A DNA stretch of 62,894 nt, filler included, from an uncultured Methanosarcinales archaeon (lineage in GTDB: Archaea > Nanobdellota > Nanobdellia > Woesearchaeales > GW2011-AR9): the NCBI GenBank assembly GCA_964434885.1. It is 7 parts of 7 records of this genome, joined end to end, with 100 filler letters (N's around TTAATTAATTAA, not from the genome) between each part and the next. Parts side by side here need not be neighbours in the genome. Positions count along the whole stretch, not along the records: positions 1 to 10,468 come from CAYSWQ010000034.1; positions 10,569 to 20,337 come from CAYSWQ010000035.1; 5 more parts are not named here. One strand, given 5' to 3'. Shown here in pieces: positions 1-12,567 of the stretch (position 1 is the stretch's first letter; every line of letters begins with the position of its first letter). Made by a program: the position numbers and the translations under genes. Under the pieces are notes generated by a model. It ran no database searches, was not told the origin of the DNA, and saw only the letters and a list, made by a program, of their open reading frames with translations.

Positions 1-57
1 ATTATGACCACCAAAAGTCATAATACTAACCGGAACTAAAAACGTGATAGTACAATC
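1..57 (-). ncRNA. candidate TATA-driven structured RNA, family C
   Basis: Minus strand TTGTACTATCACGTTTTTAG...AGT-ATTATGAC-TTTTGGTG-GTCATAAT; cut by window edge. Confidence 0.5.
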
Positions 58-163
58 AAACAAAAAAACCACAATCTTTATAAACCCCCTCAACTTCTAA
101 AAAGTAAAGATTTGTCGACGATAAAAATAATTGGTGATAATTAAATTTTAATCAAAATTTTAG

Positions 164-2479
<2,316 letters not shown>

Positions 2480-2480
<1 letters not shown>

Positions 2481-2572
2481 AAACAACGGAGGAAAATAAA
2501 ATGCCAGGTAAAGAAAATTGGAAATTTTCGGACCTGTCATTTTAAAACAACGGAGGAAAATAAAATGCCAGG
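2480..2572 (+). repeat. 29-bp direct repeat of RBS plus start region
   Basis: AAAACAACGGAGGAAAATAAAATGCCAGG at 2480-2508 and 2544-2572. Confidence 0.9.
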
Positions 2573-2801
2573 CTTTGATAAAAGTTTAGATAAAGAATTG
2601 TTTTCAGAAAGTGTAGAATTTGAAAAAAGTAGAATCACAGTTGCTGTTTTTTCTTATAATGAAAATACACCTAAATTACAATTGGGTAGAGAAAACAAAA
2701 ACGCTGAAGGAGAATACAATTTCGCCAAAATAGGTAGAATGACAAAAGAAGAAGTAGAAGCAATTCTACCTTTAATGGAAAAAGCTAAAAGTTTTCTTTA
2801 A
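2565..2801 (+). CDS. small protein, possibly PC4/YdbC-like ssDNA-binding fold
   Basis: GGAGG RBS; beta-strand-rich N-terminal half (VAVFSYNENTPKLQLGRE) then K-x-G-R-M-T-x-E-E helix, reminiscent of PC4-like proteins. Confidence 0.5.
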   Translation: MPGFDKSLDKELFSESVEFEKSRITVAVFSYNENTPKLQLGRENKNAEGEYNFAKIGRMTKEEVEAILPLMEKAKSFL

Positions 2802-2804
2802 TTT

Positions 2805-3320
2805 TTATTTTTCAATTTTCTCATAATCAAACTTCTTCAATTCTTCTTCAATATCTTCATAATTTTTCCCACACAACATTCCACCGGCAATAAATTCTTC
2901 TGAAGTTACATCAACTAAACAAAAATCCGGCATAGAAAAAGAATTCTTCTCTTCCAAACTATTAAATTCAAAATCAACCAAAATCAACCCATTTAACTCA
3001 TCCTGAAAAACATCTATCTCTGCAGTATGGCCTTGAAATGGATAAAAATATCTAATTTTACGCAGTCTTTTACCTTCCAATTTCCCACTTAACTCTTCAA
3101 ACTCTTCTGCAGTTAAAGTGGTTGTTTCTTCTTTTTGATGAGAGGGGTCATCATCAATTGGTTCTTTTTTAGTAATCTCATAATAATCTCCATTTTTCCT
3201 AATTCTCAAAGTAGGATGCACTGCATTAGTTGGTATATAAATATCAACAATCTCTTTGTGTTCACAATTGCTTAAATCAGGTAATTCTTTAGCCAAATAT
3301 GTTTTTTCGTGTTCTTCCAT
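2805..3320 (-). CDS. CYTH-domain protein (triphosphate tunnel metalloenzyme)
   Basis: N-terminal ExExK-like EEHEKTYL, LRIRK, K.R..Y, EIDVF, DFEF. Confidence 0.8.
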   Translation of the reverse strand: MEEHEKTYLAKELPDLSNCEHKEIVDIYIPTNAVHPTLRIRKNGDYYEITKKEPIDDDPSHQKEETTTLTAEEFEELSGKLEGKRLRKIRYFYPFQGHTAEIDVFQDELNGLILVDFEFNSLEEKNSFSMPDFCLVDVTSEEFIAGGMLCGKNYEDIEEELKKFDYEKIEK

Positions 3321-3364
3321 TTTAATTCAAAAGAATAATTGAAAATATAAATATCTTTGGGTTA

Positions 3365-3460
3365 ATAATATGTCTGCCCTGCCAAATGAGGTGCATTTTT
3401 TACTCGATGGTTTAGCCGCAAGAGTAAAAAATAACCGTGCCGTGCAGGCTGATATATTAC
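3365..3460 (+). ncRNA. candidate structured element, family A, copy 1
   Basis: Long nested hairpin; core TGCCAAATGAGGTGCATTTT...AAAATAACCGTGCCGTGCA matches the minus-strand element at 49186-49276. Confidence 0.55.
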
Positions 3461-3506
3461 TTACATTTTGAGTTAATTATTTAAACCCCAAAAATTTACT
3501 CAACCC

Positions 3507-4439
3507 ATGAAAAGAGGTAAAAAAATTTATGTAGTTGGCCACCTTAATCCCGATACAGATTCCGTCTGTTCTGCTATTGCCTATGCTCATTTCTTAAGAG
3601 AAAGACATAAACACAACATTATCGCATGTCGAGCTGGTTCATTAAATTCAGAAACTAAATTTGTTTTAAAGAAATTTAAAGAAAAAACACCTCAGTTACT
3701 AAAAGATGCAACTAATAAAAATATCATTATCTTAGATCATAACGAAATACACCAAGCAGTAAAAAACATTAGAGATGCTAATATTTTAGAGATCATTGAT
3801 CACCACCGAATTGGTGATGTCGAAACCATCCACCCAATTCCCTTTGAAAACGAACCACGAGGTTCTACTTCTTCAATCATCGCCGACCGATTTAGCTGGT
3901 TTAGAATTCCAATTTCCAGAAGATATGCAGGATTAATTCTCTCTGCTATCCTCTCAGATACTTTATTATTAAAAAGTCCCACCACTACTCCAAAAGATCG
4001 TTCTTGGGCTAGAAAACTAGCTAAAATAGCTAAAGTCGATATTCAAAAATATGGTAAAGAAATGTTAAGATCTGGTTGTGATATAAAAAACCATAGTGTC
4101 AACAAATTAATCTTAACTGATTTTAAAACATATCAATCACATGGCCACAAAGTAGGTATTGCTCAGATTCCAGTAATTGGTTTTGGAGACATAATGAAAA
4201 GAAAAACCAAACTTCTACATGAATTAAAAAGATTAAAGAAAAAAGGTAATTATCATAGTTTGTTTGCTTTAGTTACTGATGTCTTAGCTGCCAATAGTTA
4301 TCTATTTTATGAAGCAAATGAAAAAGAAGTCAAAAAGAAATTTAGGAAAAAAGTAGTAGAACCTGGAATTATGTACTTACCAAAAGTTGTTTCTCGAAAA
4401 AAACAAATCCAACACAAAGTTTTAGAGATGTTAAGATGA
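3507..4439 (+). CDS. ppaC: manganese-dependent inorganic pyrophosphatase (family II, DHH)
   Basis: GHLNPDTDS, LDHNE, IIDHH, ILSDTL, SRKKQ motifs. Confidence 0.9.
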   Translation: MKRGKKIYVVGHLNPDTDSVCSAIAYAHFLRERHKHNIIACRAGSLNSETKFVLKKFKEKTPQLLKDATNKNIIILDHNEIHQAVKNIRDANILEIIDHHRIGDVETIHPIPFENEPRGSTSSIIADRFSWFRIPISRRYAGLILSAILSDTLLLKSPTTTPKDRSWARKLAKIAKVDIQKYGKEMLRSGCDIKNHSVNKLILTDFKTYQSHGHKVGIAQIPVIGFGDIMKRKTKLLHELKRLKKKGNYHSLFALVTDVLAANSYLFYEANEKEVKKKFRKKVVEPGIMYLPKVVSRKKQIQHKVLEMLR

Positions 4440-4930
4440 AAATAGAAATCAGATATCAAAAAGTTTCTGATGCTAAAAGATTTTACGAAATCTTGAACAA
4501 TCCCAATTTTATCTATTTTTCAGCCAAGCCAAAATCTGTAGAAGATGAAAAGAAATGGTTAAAAGAAAACACAATAAAAAGAAAAAAGAACTTAGAATAT
4601 AATTTTTCAATCCTCCATAAAAATCAAGTAATTGGTGGCGCTGGAATCAAAATAGATCAACATCAAAATCATATCGGAGAAATTGGTTATTTTGTTGATG
4701 AACAATATTGGGGAAAGAGAATAGCCACTAAAACAGTTAAACTATTAGAAAAATATATCCAAACAAACACAAAAATAAAAAGAATTGAAATTCGTATGTA
4801 TCCCAAAAACAAAGGTAGTGAAAAAGTAGCCATCAAAAACAACTACAAAAAAGAAGGGTTACTAAAAAAAGCATTTAATCATAATGGTAAATTATTAGAT
4901 GCTTATTTGTATGCTAAAATTATAAGTTAA
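4436..4930 (+). CDS. GNAT N-acetyltransferase, RimJ/RimL family
   Basis: GEIGYFV..QYWGKRIA, N.GS.KV, Y.KEGLL motifs. Confidence 0.85.
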   Translation: MKIEIRYQKVSDAKRFYEILNNPNFIYFSAKPKSVEDEKKWLKENTIKRKKNLEYNFSILHKNQVIGGAGIKIDQHQNHIGEIGYFVDEQYWGKRIATKTVKLLEKYIQTNTKIKRIEIRMYPKNKGSEKVAIKNNYKKEGLLKKAFNHNGKLLDAYLYAKIIS

Positions 4931-4996
4931 ATTTCTAAAATAATCACCACTATAAAATTACAAAAAACTTATAAAGTAATCACTAATTTAGTAGAT

Positions 4997-5932
4997 ATGT
5001 CTTCAGAAAAAGATATTAATGAATTAGAATCAAAAATCTCAGAATTAGAAGCTCAAGCTAAAAAACTAAAACAACAAAGAGATTCTGCATTACACCATTA
5101 TTTTGATTCCAGCAACAAACTAGATGCACCCCTCCAAGCTAATGAATACCTAAACAGTGTTGGATTTCAAGATGCAATATCTTTTGATCCAACCGCCCCA
5201 GTAATGCAACAAGGAGAAGTGGATTGTGCAAGTAGAATTATAGATATATTAGATAATGAACAGACAGAAGTATTACAAGAAACATCTTCAGAGGAATCAG
5301 CTGCTATTCCATTCCATTATTGTCCACTAGTTAACGAAAATTTAGAAACTAAATTAGATAAAAAAGAAGTAACTTTTGCTTTAGTCAAAGATACTACTGC
5401 TACAGTTAAGAAAAGTCTTTATCAAAATGCCAAAAATTTTGCCACAATTTCAGGTCACGCTATCTTAGGATTACTACCAAATCAAATTCAAAGATATGTA
5501 GCTGGTAAACTTTATGATGATAAATCAAAAGCCCATGAAATTTCATTTCAAAGTAGTCTAGTTGAAGGTACAATTGGTACTGGCATGTTAATTGGAACAG
5601 AATATTCTTTAGTTACCGACTTGTTAACAAATCATACTGGAGGGCCATATGTACTTGCATCCATGGTTGTTTTCGCCTCCGGATTTGCTAGAGCAGCTTT
5701 AGTAAAGTCAGATTACTCCAACAACTCTTCAAATGGAACAGGTCATCCAATACTTGGAGCAATTTATCACCCTTGTCAACTTGCTGTAAAAACAATAACA
5801 CAATATATTCCAAATATAACAAGAGCAATAACTGGTAAGATAACTAACATTTACAGAAACAAAGAACAAGAATTATTAAGTTCAAACGAAACAAAATTAT
5901 TAGAAGAAGAAAATCCTAAATCTTCAAACTAG
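4997..5932 (+). CDS. hypothetical protein, N-terminal coiled coil plus hydrophobic segments
   Basis: 311-aa ORF preceded by TATA-like CTTATAAA; no recognised family. Confidence 0.6.
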   Translation: MSSEKDINELESKISELEAQAKKLKQQRDSALHHYFDSSNKLDAPLQANEYLNSVGFQDAISFDPTAPVMQQGEVDCASRIIDILDNEQTEVLQETSSEESAAIPFHYCPLVNENLETKLDKKEVTFALVKDTTATVKKSLYQNAKNFATISGHAILGLLPNQIQRYVAGKLYDDKSKAHEISFQSSLVEGTIGTGMLIGTEYSLVTDLLTNHTGGPYVLASMVVFASGFARAALVKSDYSNNSSNGTGHPILGAIYHPCQLAVKTITQYIPNITRAITGKITNIYRNKEQELLSSNETKLLEEENPKSSN

Positions 5933-8900
5933 TAACCTTACTAATCCCATGATCATTCATCGAAACACCATAAAGATTATCTGCTTCTGAAATAATTGAA
6001 TCATTATGGCTAATCATCAAATACTGTGCATTACCAGAATATGATCGAATCAACTTAGATAATGTTTCTGAGTTATGTTTGTCCAAAGCCGCATCAATCT
6101 CATCTAAGATGTAAAACGACGCAGGTTGATGTTCTTGGATAGAAAAGATGAATGATAAAGCGGTTAAAGTTTTCTCCCCACCAGATAAAGATTTAATATC
6201 CATAAACCTCTTTCCTGTTAATTTTACTTTAATACTCAAACCATCAGAAAAAGGATCTGAAGGATTATCTAATTCCAAATGAGCTGTTCCTTTTCTAAAT
6301 AAAGTACTAAAAATTCTTTTGAAATTATCATTAACAACATTAAAAGTTTTCAAAAATTGATCTTTCTTCTTAGTCTCAATCTCATTCATCATCATCATGA
6401 TGTCGCCTTTTTCTGTATACAAGCTTTTCTTTTTCTCCATTAATTTCATATATTCTCCTTCTACTTGTTCATAGATTTCTAAGGCTTTCATATTTACAGC
6501 CGACATTTGAGATAACATCACTTCAAACTTAGTAATCTCTTTCTGCAACTCCGCAGTTGATTTATTTTCTAGTAAAGGAGTATCTTTAAATCTTTTAAAT
6601 TCCTCGTTCAAAGCTGCTAATTTAGCTTTAACTTCAGCATTTTTCAAAGAATGTTTATTAGTCTCAATTTCAAAAGTTCTACTACGATCTCTTAATTTTT
6701 CAATCTCTTCTTCTCGTTGAGTTAATTCATTACTCAACTTTTCCCTTTTGTTAAATAATCCTTTATACTTAGAATAAAATTCAACACTTTCTTTCTCTTT
6801 TAATTTTAATTCTTTTTCTTGACTAACAACACTTTCTTTCAATCCACCTAATTCTTCTTTGAAAGACCCTTCTTCTTTTTGATGTTGTTTCAAAATATCC
6901 ATAATTTTTTCCTTCTCAGGTAAAATTAAAGTATTAACTTTCTCATCATCATTCTTAATCTCATTTTTCAAAGCTGCTAAATCTTCTCTAAATTTAGTTT
7001 TAGCTTCTTCAAAAGCACTTAGTTGTGCTAACAATCTTGGATTTTTTAATTGTGAAGCTTTGGTTTTAGTTGATTGTCTAGCTGTTTTTAAAGTAGCCAA
7101 ATCTTTATTGATTAAAACAATATTTTTTTGCATCTGTGATAATTTGCCATCCACTTCATCCAAACCAGATTCTAGTTCTTTTTGTTGATTCTTAGAAACA
7201 TCCAAATCAGAAGTATCTAAATGCAAAACTTTCTCCATAGTAATAATCTCCCCTTCCATTTCAGAACGAGCAGTTCTCAACCTATTAATTTCTTGTTCAT
7301 TTGCTTCTCTTTTTGTTTCAATCGCGGAAACTAAAGACATTGCTTCTCCCAAAGAAGCTTCAATTGCTTTTAACTTATCTTCTTCATCTTTCTCTGAAAA
7401 AGAAGTTGTTGACTTCTGTCTAAATCCTCCTCGCATTACTCCACTACTTTCAGCTAAATCTCCATCCAAAGTAGCCATTCTCACTTTACCAATTCCAATT
7501 TTCCGAGTAGTATCTACATCATCAACAATCAAAGTATCTCCAAAAACAAAAGCAAATGCTTTTTTATAACGCGCATCAAAACTAATCAAATCTAAAGCAA
7601 AACCATGTGCTCCCTGTAATTTAGCATACTTTCTACTATCTCCAGAAATTTCCCTATATCTAATTCGATTTAAAGGAATAAATGAAGCAGAACCAAGTTT
7701 GTTTCTCTTCAAATATTTGATACATTCACCAGCAACTCGATCATCATCTACTACAATAAAATTTGTTTTTGCTCCTGCTGCATTCTCTAAAGCACAAGAA
7801 TATTTTTTATTTACTTTTCCTAATTGGGAAATAACTCCATGAATGCCTTTGATTTTCTTCTTTTGGTCTAAAACACTTTTTACAGCTCGATTATGAAATA
7901 ATTTCTCCTGTACAGATAAATTTCGAGCATTTAACTTAGCTTGTTGTTCTTGTAACTCTGTTGATTTTTTACGAGCATTTCCAATTTGTGCCGCCAAACT
8001 ACTATCTTCATTCAAACACTGATTTAACTTAGAAGTCATATGTTTAAATTCAGACTTTTTATTCTTCAATTCAACAATCTTTCCTTTATTTTCTTTCTCA
8101 ACTTCTTTAACTTTAGCTATTTTCTCATGTAAAGTTTGTAATTGATATTCAATCTTATCTTTCTCTCGAAATAAATTTTGTTGTTCTTGTCTAATCTGTT
8201 GAATCTCTTCTTGTTTCTTTTCAATTAAAATATCTTTGTCTTCAATTTCTTTCTCTAAATCTTCAGAATCTTCTAACTTATGTTTTTGTTTAAAAGCTGC
8301 AATCTTTGCATCAATTTCTTTTTGTTGTGTAGTTTTGGATTCTAATTGTTTATTCAAATTAATTTTTTCTTTTTCAAAATCTTTAATCTTCTTATCATGA
8401 TCTTTCAATTCATTATCAAATTGCATTTTCCTCTGTGCAATTTTTGATAATTCATCTTTCAATGTAGAAATCCTAGTTTTATCTTCTGCTAATTTAACTT
8501 TTAAATCTTCTAGTTTCCGATGAACTTCTATTTGTTGTTTTTCTCCTTTCTGTTCAATTTCTTGATTCAAGGCTTTAATCTGATCTTTACTATTTTGAGT
8601 ACTCTCTTTTATCTTTTCAATCTTATTAGAAATTTCTTCAATTTTATTCTTGTAATCTCCAACTTGAGAATCATATTTCGCTTTTTCTTTATCTAATCCT
8701 TCAATTTGTAAATGTAAATGGGTTGCTTTATTAGAATCAGATTTATCTTTCAAATCTTTAAATTTTAATGCTTGATCTCTATCTTTCTTCAATTCCCTCA
8801 AATAAGTTTTTCGCTCTTTCAAAATTATCTCAGAATTATTCAACTTATCTTCCACCTTATTCATTTCCAATAAAGCCTTGTGTTTCTTTTCTTCATAAAT

Positions 8901-9407
8901 AGATACATCACTAATCCCTTCAATAATCTTTCTTCTCTCAGTATGGGCCATATCTACAAAACGATTAATATCTCCTTGTAAGATAATATTATATCCTTCT
9001 GGATTGATTCTTGCTGTCGCCATCAAATCTAAAATTTCTCCCCGTGTATGTTTCTTTCCATTTATCTTGTAAACACTACTTCCTTTCTTAGAAATCGTTC
9101 TCGACAAAACAATTTCTTTATCTTCTTTTGGAAAAATTTTATTTTTATTACAAAAAGCAATCTCTACTGTCCCTTTACTAGCAGGAGATTTTTTCTTTCC
9201 CCCATTGAAAATTAAATTAGCTGCTTTTTCTGCTCTCATAGATTTAGCTGATAATCTTCCTAAAACAAAACAAATCGCATCACTTACATTACTTTTACCA
9301 GAACCATTTGGACCGAGAATACAATTAAATTTTCCATCAAATAAAACATCTGTTTTATGTGCAAAACTCTTGAAACCATGAATTGAAAGCCTATTTATCT
9401 TAGTCAT
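5916..9407 (-). CDS. smc: chromosome segregation protein SMC
   Basis: Walker A GPNGSGKSN, long coiled coils, hinge GVMRGG, signature LSGGEK, Walker B LDEIDAALD. Confidence 0.96.
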   Translation of the reverse strand: MTKINRLSIHGFKSFAHKTDVLFDGKFNCILGPNGSGKSNVSDAICFVLGRLSAKSMRAEKAANLIFNGGKKKSPASKGTVEIAFCNKNKIFPKEDKEIVLSRTISKKGSSVYKINGKKHTRGEILDLMATARINPEGYNIILQGDINRFVDMAHTERRKIIEGISDVSIYEEKKHKALLEMNKVEDKLNNSEIILKERKTYLRELKKDRDQALKFKDLKDKSDSNKATHLHLQIEGLDKEKAKYDSQVGDYKNKIEEISNKIEKIKESTQNSKDQIKALNQEIEQKGEKQQIEVHRKLEDLKVKLAEDKTRISTLKDELSKIAQRKMQFDNELKDHDKKIKDFEKEKINLNKQLESKTTQQKEIDAKIAAFKQKHKLEDSEDLEKEIEDKDILIEKKQEEIQQIRQEQQNLFREKDKIEYQLQTLHEKIAKVKEVEKENKGKIVELKNKKSEFKHMTSKLNQCLNEDSSLAAQIGNARKKSTELQEQQAKLNARNLSVQEKLFHNRAVKSVLDQKKKIKGIHGVISQLGKVNKKYSCALENAAGAKTNFIVVDDDRVAGECIKYLKRNKLGSASFIPLNRIRYREISGDSRKYAKLQGAHGFALDLISFDARYKKAFAFVFGDTLIVDDVDTTRKIGIGKVRMATLDGDLAESSGVMRGGFRQKSTTSFSEKDEEDKLKAIEASLGEAMSLVSAIETKREANEQEINRLRTARSEMEGEIITMEKVLHLDTSDLDVSKNQQKELESGLDEVDGKLSQMQKNIVLINKDLATLKTARQSTKTKASQLKNPRLLAQLSAFEEAKTKFREDLAALKNEIKNDDEKVNTLILPEKEKIMDILKQHQKEEGSFKEELGGLKESVVSQEKELKLKEKESVEFYSKYKGLFNKREKLSNELTQREEEIEKLRDRSRTFEIETNKHSLKNAEVKAKLAALNEEFKRFKDTPLLENKSTAELQKEITKFEVMLSQMSAVNMKALEIYEQVEGEYMKLMEKKKSLYTEKGDIMMMMNEIETKKKDQFLKTFNVVNDNFKRIFSTLFRKGTAHLELDNPSDPFSDGLSIKVKLTGKRFMDIKSLSGGEKTLTALSFIFSIQEHQPASFYILDEIDAALDKHNSETLSKLIRSYSGNAQYLMISHNDSIISEADNLYGVSMNDHGISKVTSLKI

Positions 9408-9458
9408 TATTCAACCTCTTTAACTTTACACCTAATACTAAAAAGTTTTTGTTTTCAT

Positions 9459-9968
9459 TTATAAATGTTGTTGTTTTGAGGTGTTTATAATCATAACTTG
9501 ATAGAATTCAGTCCGCTCTGCTCTTTCTCTATAATGGTTAAGTGACAATCCTGTACGAGAAATAGGTAATGCTACATTAGTACGATAAATGTCCCCTGTC
9601 GCAGGTGGATTAAGTAATTCTTTTTGAACCTTTTCGGCCAGCAAAAAAGAGTTCATAATTCCTTCAAAAGCATATTCTCTGTCTGGAGCTAAACTAATAC
9701 ACCATCCAAAATCATCCCCCCTATCCAAATTTTTTTTAACTATGTATCTTTCGCCTTCTGAAAGCAATTGTTGAGCTGTCTCTTGATATTCAACAGAATC
9801 CTCACAATAAATACGCATTACTGCCTCTGCAACATTCCAAACATATCTTAAACAATCTTCACTTCCAACTGGTATATCGGACTTACTAGTATACCCTCCA
9901 TACTTTTTCTTTTTCTTTGATAATTCTAATTCATCAAAACACACACGAACTAATCCTTTGAATCCCAT
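9459..9968 (-). CDS. hypothetical protein
   Basis: 169-aa ORF overlapping the nfi 3' end. Confidence 0.5.
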   Translation of the reverse strand: MGFKGLVRVCFDELELSKKKKKYGGYTSKSDIPVGSEDCLRYVWNVAEAVMRIYCEDSVEYQETAQQLLSEGERYIVKKNLDRGDDFGWCISLAPDREYAFEGIMNSFLLAEKVQKELLNPPATGDIYRTNVALPISRTGLSLNHYRERAERTEFYQVMIINTSKQQHL

Positions 9969-10468
9969 TCTATCCCTCCAACAACCTTCTTCACTTTCTT
10001 CTTCGCCACTTTATGCGCAATATGAATTGGTTCTGGTAATTTATGTGGTGGTTTGATAGAATCTTGAACGACTTTTAAACAAGAACCTAATGAAACCATA
10101 TGTCCTGGACTGATATACAAAGGAGAAGCATGTTCTTTTGTTTTAATTTCAAAACCAGCTAATTCTGTTCCCAAGTAAACTTTATTCCCTTCAATTCGAC
10201 CAGCAAAAGATTTCTTCAAAACCCCTATTGTTGGAATATTCAAAGACAATCCCAAATGAGAAGCCAATCCTAACTTCCGAGGATGTAATATTCCTGCCCC
10301 ATCTACTAAAATTATATCTGGTTCATTCTCTAATTTATTAATCGCTTCAATTATCGCTGGCATCTCTCGATAAGCTAAAAAACCAACCACATAAGGCAAA
10401 GGATCAGATAAAACAAAAGACTTCTTTTCTATTAAATTCATTGATGGATATTCACAAACCACTACTGA
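9950..10468 (-). CDS. nfi: endonuclease V (5'-truncated by contig end)
   Basis: PYVVGFLAYRE, DIILVDGAGILHPRKLGLASHLG, PTIGV, KLPEPI. Confidence 0.92.
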   Translation of the reverse strand, partial: SVVVCEYPSMNLIEKKSFVLSDPLPYVVGFLAYREMPAIIEAINKLENEPDIILVDGAGILHPRKLGLASHLGLSLNIPTIGVLKKSFAGRIEGNKVYLGTELAGFEIKTKEHASPLYISPGHMVSLGSCLKVVQDSIKPPHKLPEPIHIAHKVAKKKVKKVVGGIEWDSKD

Positions 10469-10568
10469 NNNNNNNNNNNNNNNNNNNNNNNNNNNNNNNN
10501 NNNNNNNNNNNNTTAATTAATTAANNNNNNNNNNNNNNNNNNNNNNNNNNNNNNNNNNNNNNNNNNNN
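10469..10568. other. artificial contig-join linker
   Basis: 100 nt of N with central TTAATTAATTAA (all-frame stops); identical linkers at 20338-20437, 30030-30129, 39654-39753, 49278-49377, 58813-58912. Confidence 0.97.
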
Positions 10569-11323
10569 ACTGGATCAAAGATGTGTTTGATTTCTTCGAA
10601 AGGATCTGCTTTTCCACCTGAAGTAATAGTTTCTCCTGGCATTCCTGCTTTTAATCCACCAATTCCAATGATATTTCCACATGGAACATTGTCTACAATT
10701 TCTTTCTTTGCCCCATTATAGATATATACTTGTTGGATTCGAGAAGGCATATTGGCCATATTGAGGAAAACTTCTTCTCCTTTCTTCATTGTTCCACTAA
10801 ATAAACGACCGGCAGCAATTTCTCCTGCTTGTGGATCAACTACAACCTTAACAATTACAAAAAACATTCTTCCTTCTGGATCACATTTAATTAATGATTT
10901 CCCATCAGTACTTTCCATATCTCCTTGCCACAATCTTGGAATTCTATATTCTTGAGCTTGTTGTGGGTCTGGATGATGTTCAATTGCCATATCCAAAACT
11001 ACTTCGTGAATTGGAGTTTTCTTAGCCAAAGCCTTAACCTTCTCCTTTATTTCATCATCAGTTCCAGTATATGCATCAATAATTTCTTTGAAAGAAACTC
11101 CTTTTTTCTTCATATAATCTAAACTAATTCCCCAATTATGGAAAGCTGAACCAAAAGCCACAGTTCCCGCTTCAATAGAAACTTGCCATTTTTCTTTGTA
11201 TTCTTCTGGAGCTACAGCTTTGATAATTTTGTTGACAGAAGCAATTTGTTTAATGAACCTTTCTTGCATCTGTTCTGGAGTTAATTTCAATTCCTTAATT
11301 AACCGATCTACTTTATTAATAAA
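10569..11323 (-). CDS. fusA: elongation factor EF-2, middle part (3'-truncated by contig end)
   Basis: Resumes at FINKVDRLIKEL; AFGSA, GRLFSGT; archaeal EF-2-like. Confidence 0.9.
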
Positions 11324-11487
11324 TTTATTCCATATATACAAATTATTTTAATGATGATACAGAATTAATAGATTATAGATATATTTGGGATTTTATATGT
11401 AATCCAAAAAGAGATGGAGGTGTTTTGTTTAAAAATGGAATAAATTTATTAATACTTAGAAATCCTAATGATGATATNNNNNNNNNN

Positions 11488-11927
11488 TTATTAATAAAAA
11501 GAACTGGTTTAACTCTCTCTTTCAAAGCTTGTCTTAAAACAGTCTCTGTCTGAGGCATTGCTCCTTCTGAAGCACAAATTAACACAATTGCTCCATCAAC
11601 TGCTCTCATTGCCCGAGTAACGTCTCCTCCAAAATCAACGTGTCCTGGGGTATCAATTAAATTAATTAGAAATTCTTTATCTTCTACATTATGAACCATC
11701 GAAACAGATGCTGAATCAATTGTGATTCCTCTTTCTTGTTCATCTTCATGAAAATCTAATTTACAGGCTTTCCCTGCATCTTCTTCACTCATCATTCCAG
11801 CACCAGCTAGTAAGTTATCAGAAAAAGTAGTTTTTCCGTGATCAATATGTGCACAAACTCCTAGATTTCTAATTCTAGTAGGTTGCTTCATTAATCTTGT
11901 TACTTTATCCACCATTCGTTCTGCCAT
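11488..11927 (-). CDS. fusA: elongation factor EF-2, N-terminal G domain
   Basis: [34 protein letters not shown], then an internal 10-N gap. Confidence 0.93.
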
Positions 11928-12028
11928 TTTATATTTACCTCATATAATTGTTATAGAATTCACGAAATAATGTTCATTTAAATAGGTTTTGGTTAAATTG
12001 TAATTTTTATTACTTAACTAACACTAGA

Positions 12029-12490
12029 TTATTCTCTATCTAGTTGCTTATTGGGCTGATCAGAACCTAAGTTCAAGTAACCAAATTTAACTGCTTCCTC
12101 CAAAAGATCCATTCCAGCCATTAAATAAATTCCACGTAAAGGTAAATCTTTCACTTTTTCGGTATCAGCAATATGATCTCGATGGATTGATTCGCCCCAT
12201 TGGTAAAAAATATTGGCAGCAGTAAAAATAAATGAATCTGCTTCACTCCATTCAACCCCAATATGCTGCCTATACTTAATTATCTCTACCATAGTTTCTA
12301 ATCCAGATTCATCTTCAACTGGTTGATATCCTTCAACTAATTGAGTCATAAATTGTTTTCCTGCATCTGTTAAATAACGTTCTTGACCAGGTTCAACCAA
12401 ACCTTTTTCTTGTAAATTTGAAATTACCTTATCATAAATAATCCTTTCCTGATCTATAATTCCAGTTATCTTTGAAGATTCCATCACCAC
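12029..12490 (-). CDS. hypothetical protein
   Basis: 153-aa ORF; L.EKGLV...YLT..GK resembles a winged-helix wing. Confidence 0.5.
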   Translation of the reverse strand: MVMESSKITGIIDQERIIYDKVISNLQEKGLVEPGQERYLTDAGKQFMTQLVEGYQPVEDESGLETMVEIIKYRQHIGVEWSEADSFIFTAANIFYQWGESIHRDHIADTEKVKDLPLRGIYLMAGMDLLEEAVKFGYLNLGSDQPNKQLDRE

Positions 12491-12567
12491 CAGAAAAAAA
12501 TCAATCAGTTATAAACGTTTTGGTCTTTCAAAGATCAAATAAAAACAACAAATAGAAAAAAATTAAA

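Noticed and set aside
3380..3460. Fluoride or Mn (yybP-ykoY) riboswitch upstream of ppaC
   Set aside because: Partial look-alike words exist (ATGAGG, TAACCG, GCTGAT), but the pseudoknot partner after GCTGAT and the yybP GGGGAGUA/GAGACC motifs are absent. The ppaC TATA lies downstream of the element.
11324..11487. Intein or self-splicing intron in EF-2
   Set aside because: No intein Cys/Ser...His-Asn termini, no group I/II features, too short, and contains a scaffold gap.
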